NCBI GenBank assembly: GCA_964503885.1
Contig: CAZDCD010000010.1
Coordinates: 83,435-147,434 of the forward strand
Reading direction: 5' to 3'
DNA from: an uncultured Bacteroidales bacterium
Lineage (GTDB): Bacteria; Bacteroidota; Bacteroidia; Bacteroidales; UBA10428
DNA length: 64,000 bases
The notes beneath the pieces are model-generated. The model was not told the DNA's origin, did no database searches, and saw nothing but the letters and a program-made list of their open reading frames with translations. Of this stretch, positions 63,490-64,000 are shown piece after piece. Position 1 is the first letter of the stretch, and the number at the start of each line of letters is the position of its first letter. The position numbers and the translations under genes are program-made.

Positions 63490-64000
63490 TTAATTTAACC
63501 CTGTTCCTGAAAACTGCAGGTATACATCTTTTCGAAATTCCAGGTCACTGCTTGAAAAGGCGTCTTTCCAACTTGAGATAGTATGATCATCTACAATAAT
63601 CGTGAGGGTTTTCCTGATGGAATCTTCATAGCTTACTGGTCTGATATGGAGGAGTTTATTTATATCTTCGTTTCGACATACTACCTCTATTTTCATACTA
63701 TCGACCAATGCTGTTGCAAGCTTATACGATACAGAAGTGATGAAATACAACCAGTAAGAAGATAATTTTGGTGTCATGACAGGCACAACAAAGATAAGCC
63801 GTTTCAGACCACGTACTTTTGCATATCGAAGCAACATTTCTTTATAGGTGAGTATATCAGGGCCTCCGATGTCAAAATCTTTGTTGAACGTTGTTTCGTT
63901 CAGGAGCGATTCTTCAAGGATTTTAAGCGCATCTGCAATACCAATTGGCTGGCATTTGGCGTTTAACCATTTTGGTGCGATCATTACCGGCAGTTTCTCG
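63490..64000 (-). CDS. C-terminal part of an NAD(P)-binding atypical SDR/NmrA-like protein with a DUF2867-like tail; 5' end outside window
   Basis: The frame is open to the window edge. ...DFDIGGPDILTYKEMLLRYAKVRGLKR...PKLSSYWLYFITSVSYKLATALVDS... resembles SDR-DUF2867 fusion proteins. Confidence 0.45.
   Translation of the reverse strand, partial: EKLPVMIAPKWLNAKCQPIGIADALKILEESLLNETTFNKDFDIGGPDILTYKEMLLRYAKVRGLKRLIFVVPVMTPKLSSYWLYFITSVSYKLATALVDSMKIEVVCRNEDINKLLHIRPVSYEDSIRKTLTIIVDDHTISSWKDAFSSSDLEFRKDVYLQFSGTGLN

Overview
This is a chromosomal segment of a Bacteroidota bacterium. The evidence is a SusD relic, a TonB-dependent receptor, T9SS type-A and type-B C-terminal domains, PorP/SprF and a TPR hybrid sensor kinase. 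A rubredoxin hints at an anaerobic or microaerophilic lifestyle. Layout: (i) 1-21.1 kb is a glycan-degradation neighbourhood (GH31, SASA-type esterase, GH115, GH9, GH13, GH2, TonB-dependent receptor, esterase). It is interrupted by an Rrf2/YceI/porin operon and contains two deletion scars: an ECF-sigma N-terminus fused onto a SusD C-terminus, and a GH43 gene missing its middle. (ii) 21.7-34.4 kb is a co-directional four-gene T9SS cargo module: a 3134-aa beta-helix-like giant, a 332-aa partner, a 340-aa protein with a complete type-B CTD, and PorP/SprF. The two CTD-less proteins end in the same peptide, TGP(A/I)YYIPN, at the point where a type-B CTD would start. I consider this the most interesting system in the window. 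(iii) 34.4-44.4 kb holds a TPR protein, a KASIII, a TPR hybrid histidine kinase, TonB, lspA and a DUF1080 protein. (iv) 44.9-52.4 kb holds an envelope-modification cluster (GT2, T9SS-secreted GH8, ArnT-like GT, PAP2) followed by a tightly coupled VTC-domain/DUF4956 operon. (v) 52.6-64 kb holds a rubredoxin missing from the ORF track, a nitroreductase, purL, DUF218, an SRPBCC/GyrI-like protein, a markedly GC-rich short PolIII-alpha (DnaE2/ImuC-like) and a partial SDR-like gene. Several intergenic regions share 7-nt-periodic heptad tracts and short palindromes, often placed directly after stop codons. I saw no rRNA, tRNA, CRISPR array, transposase, integrase or recognisable defence gene. All family assignments are motif recognition by eye; no searches were run.
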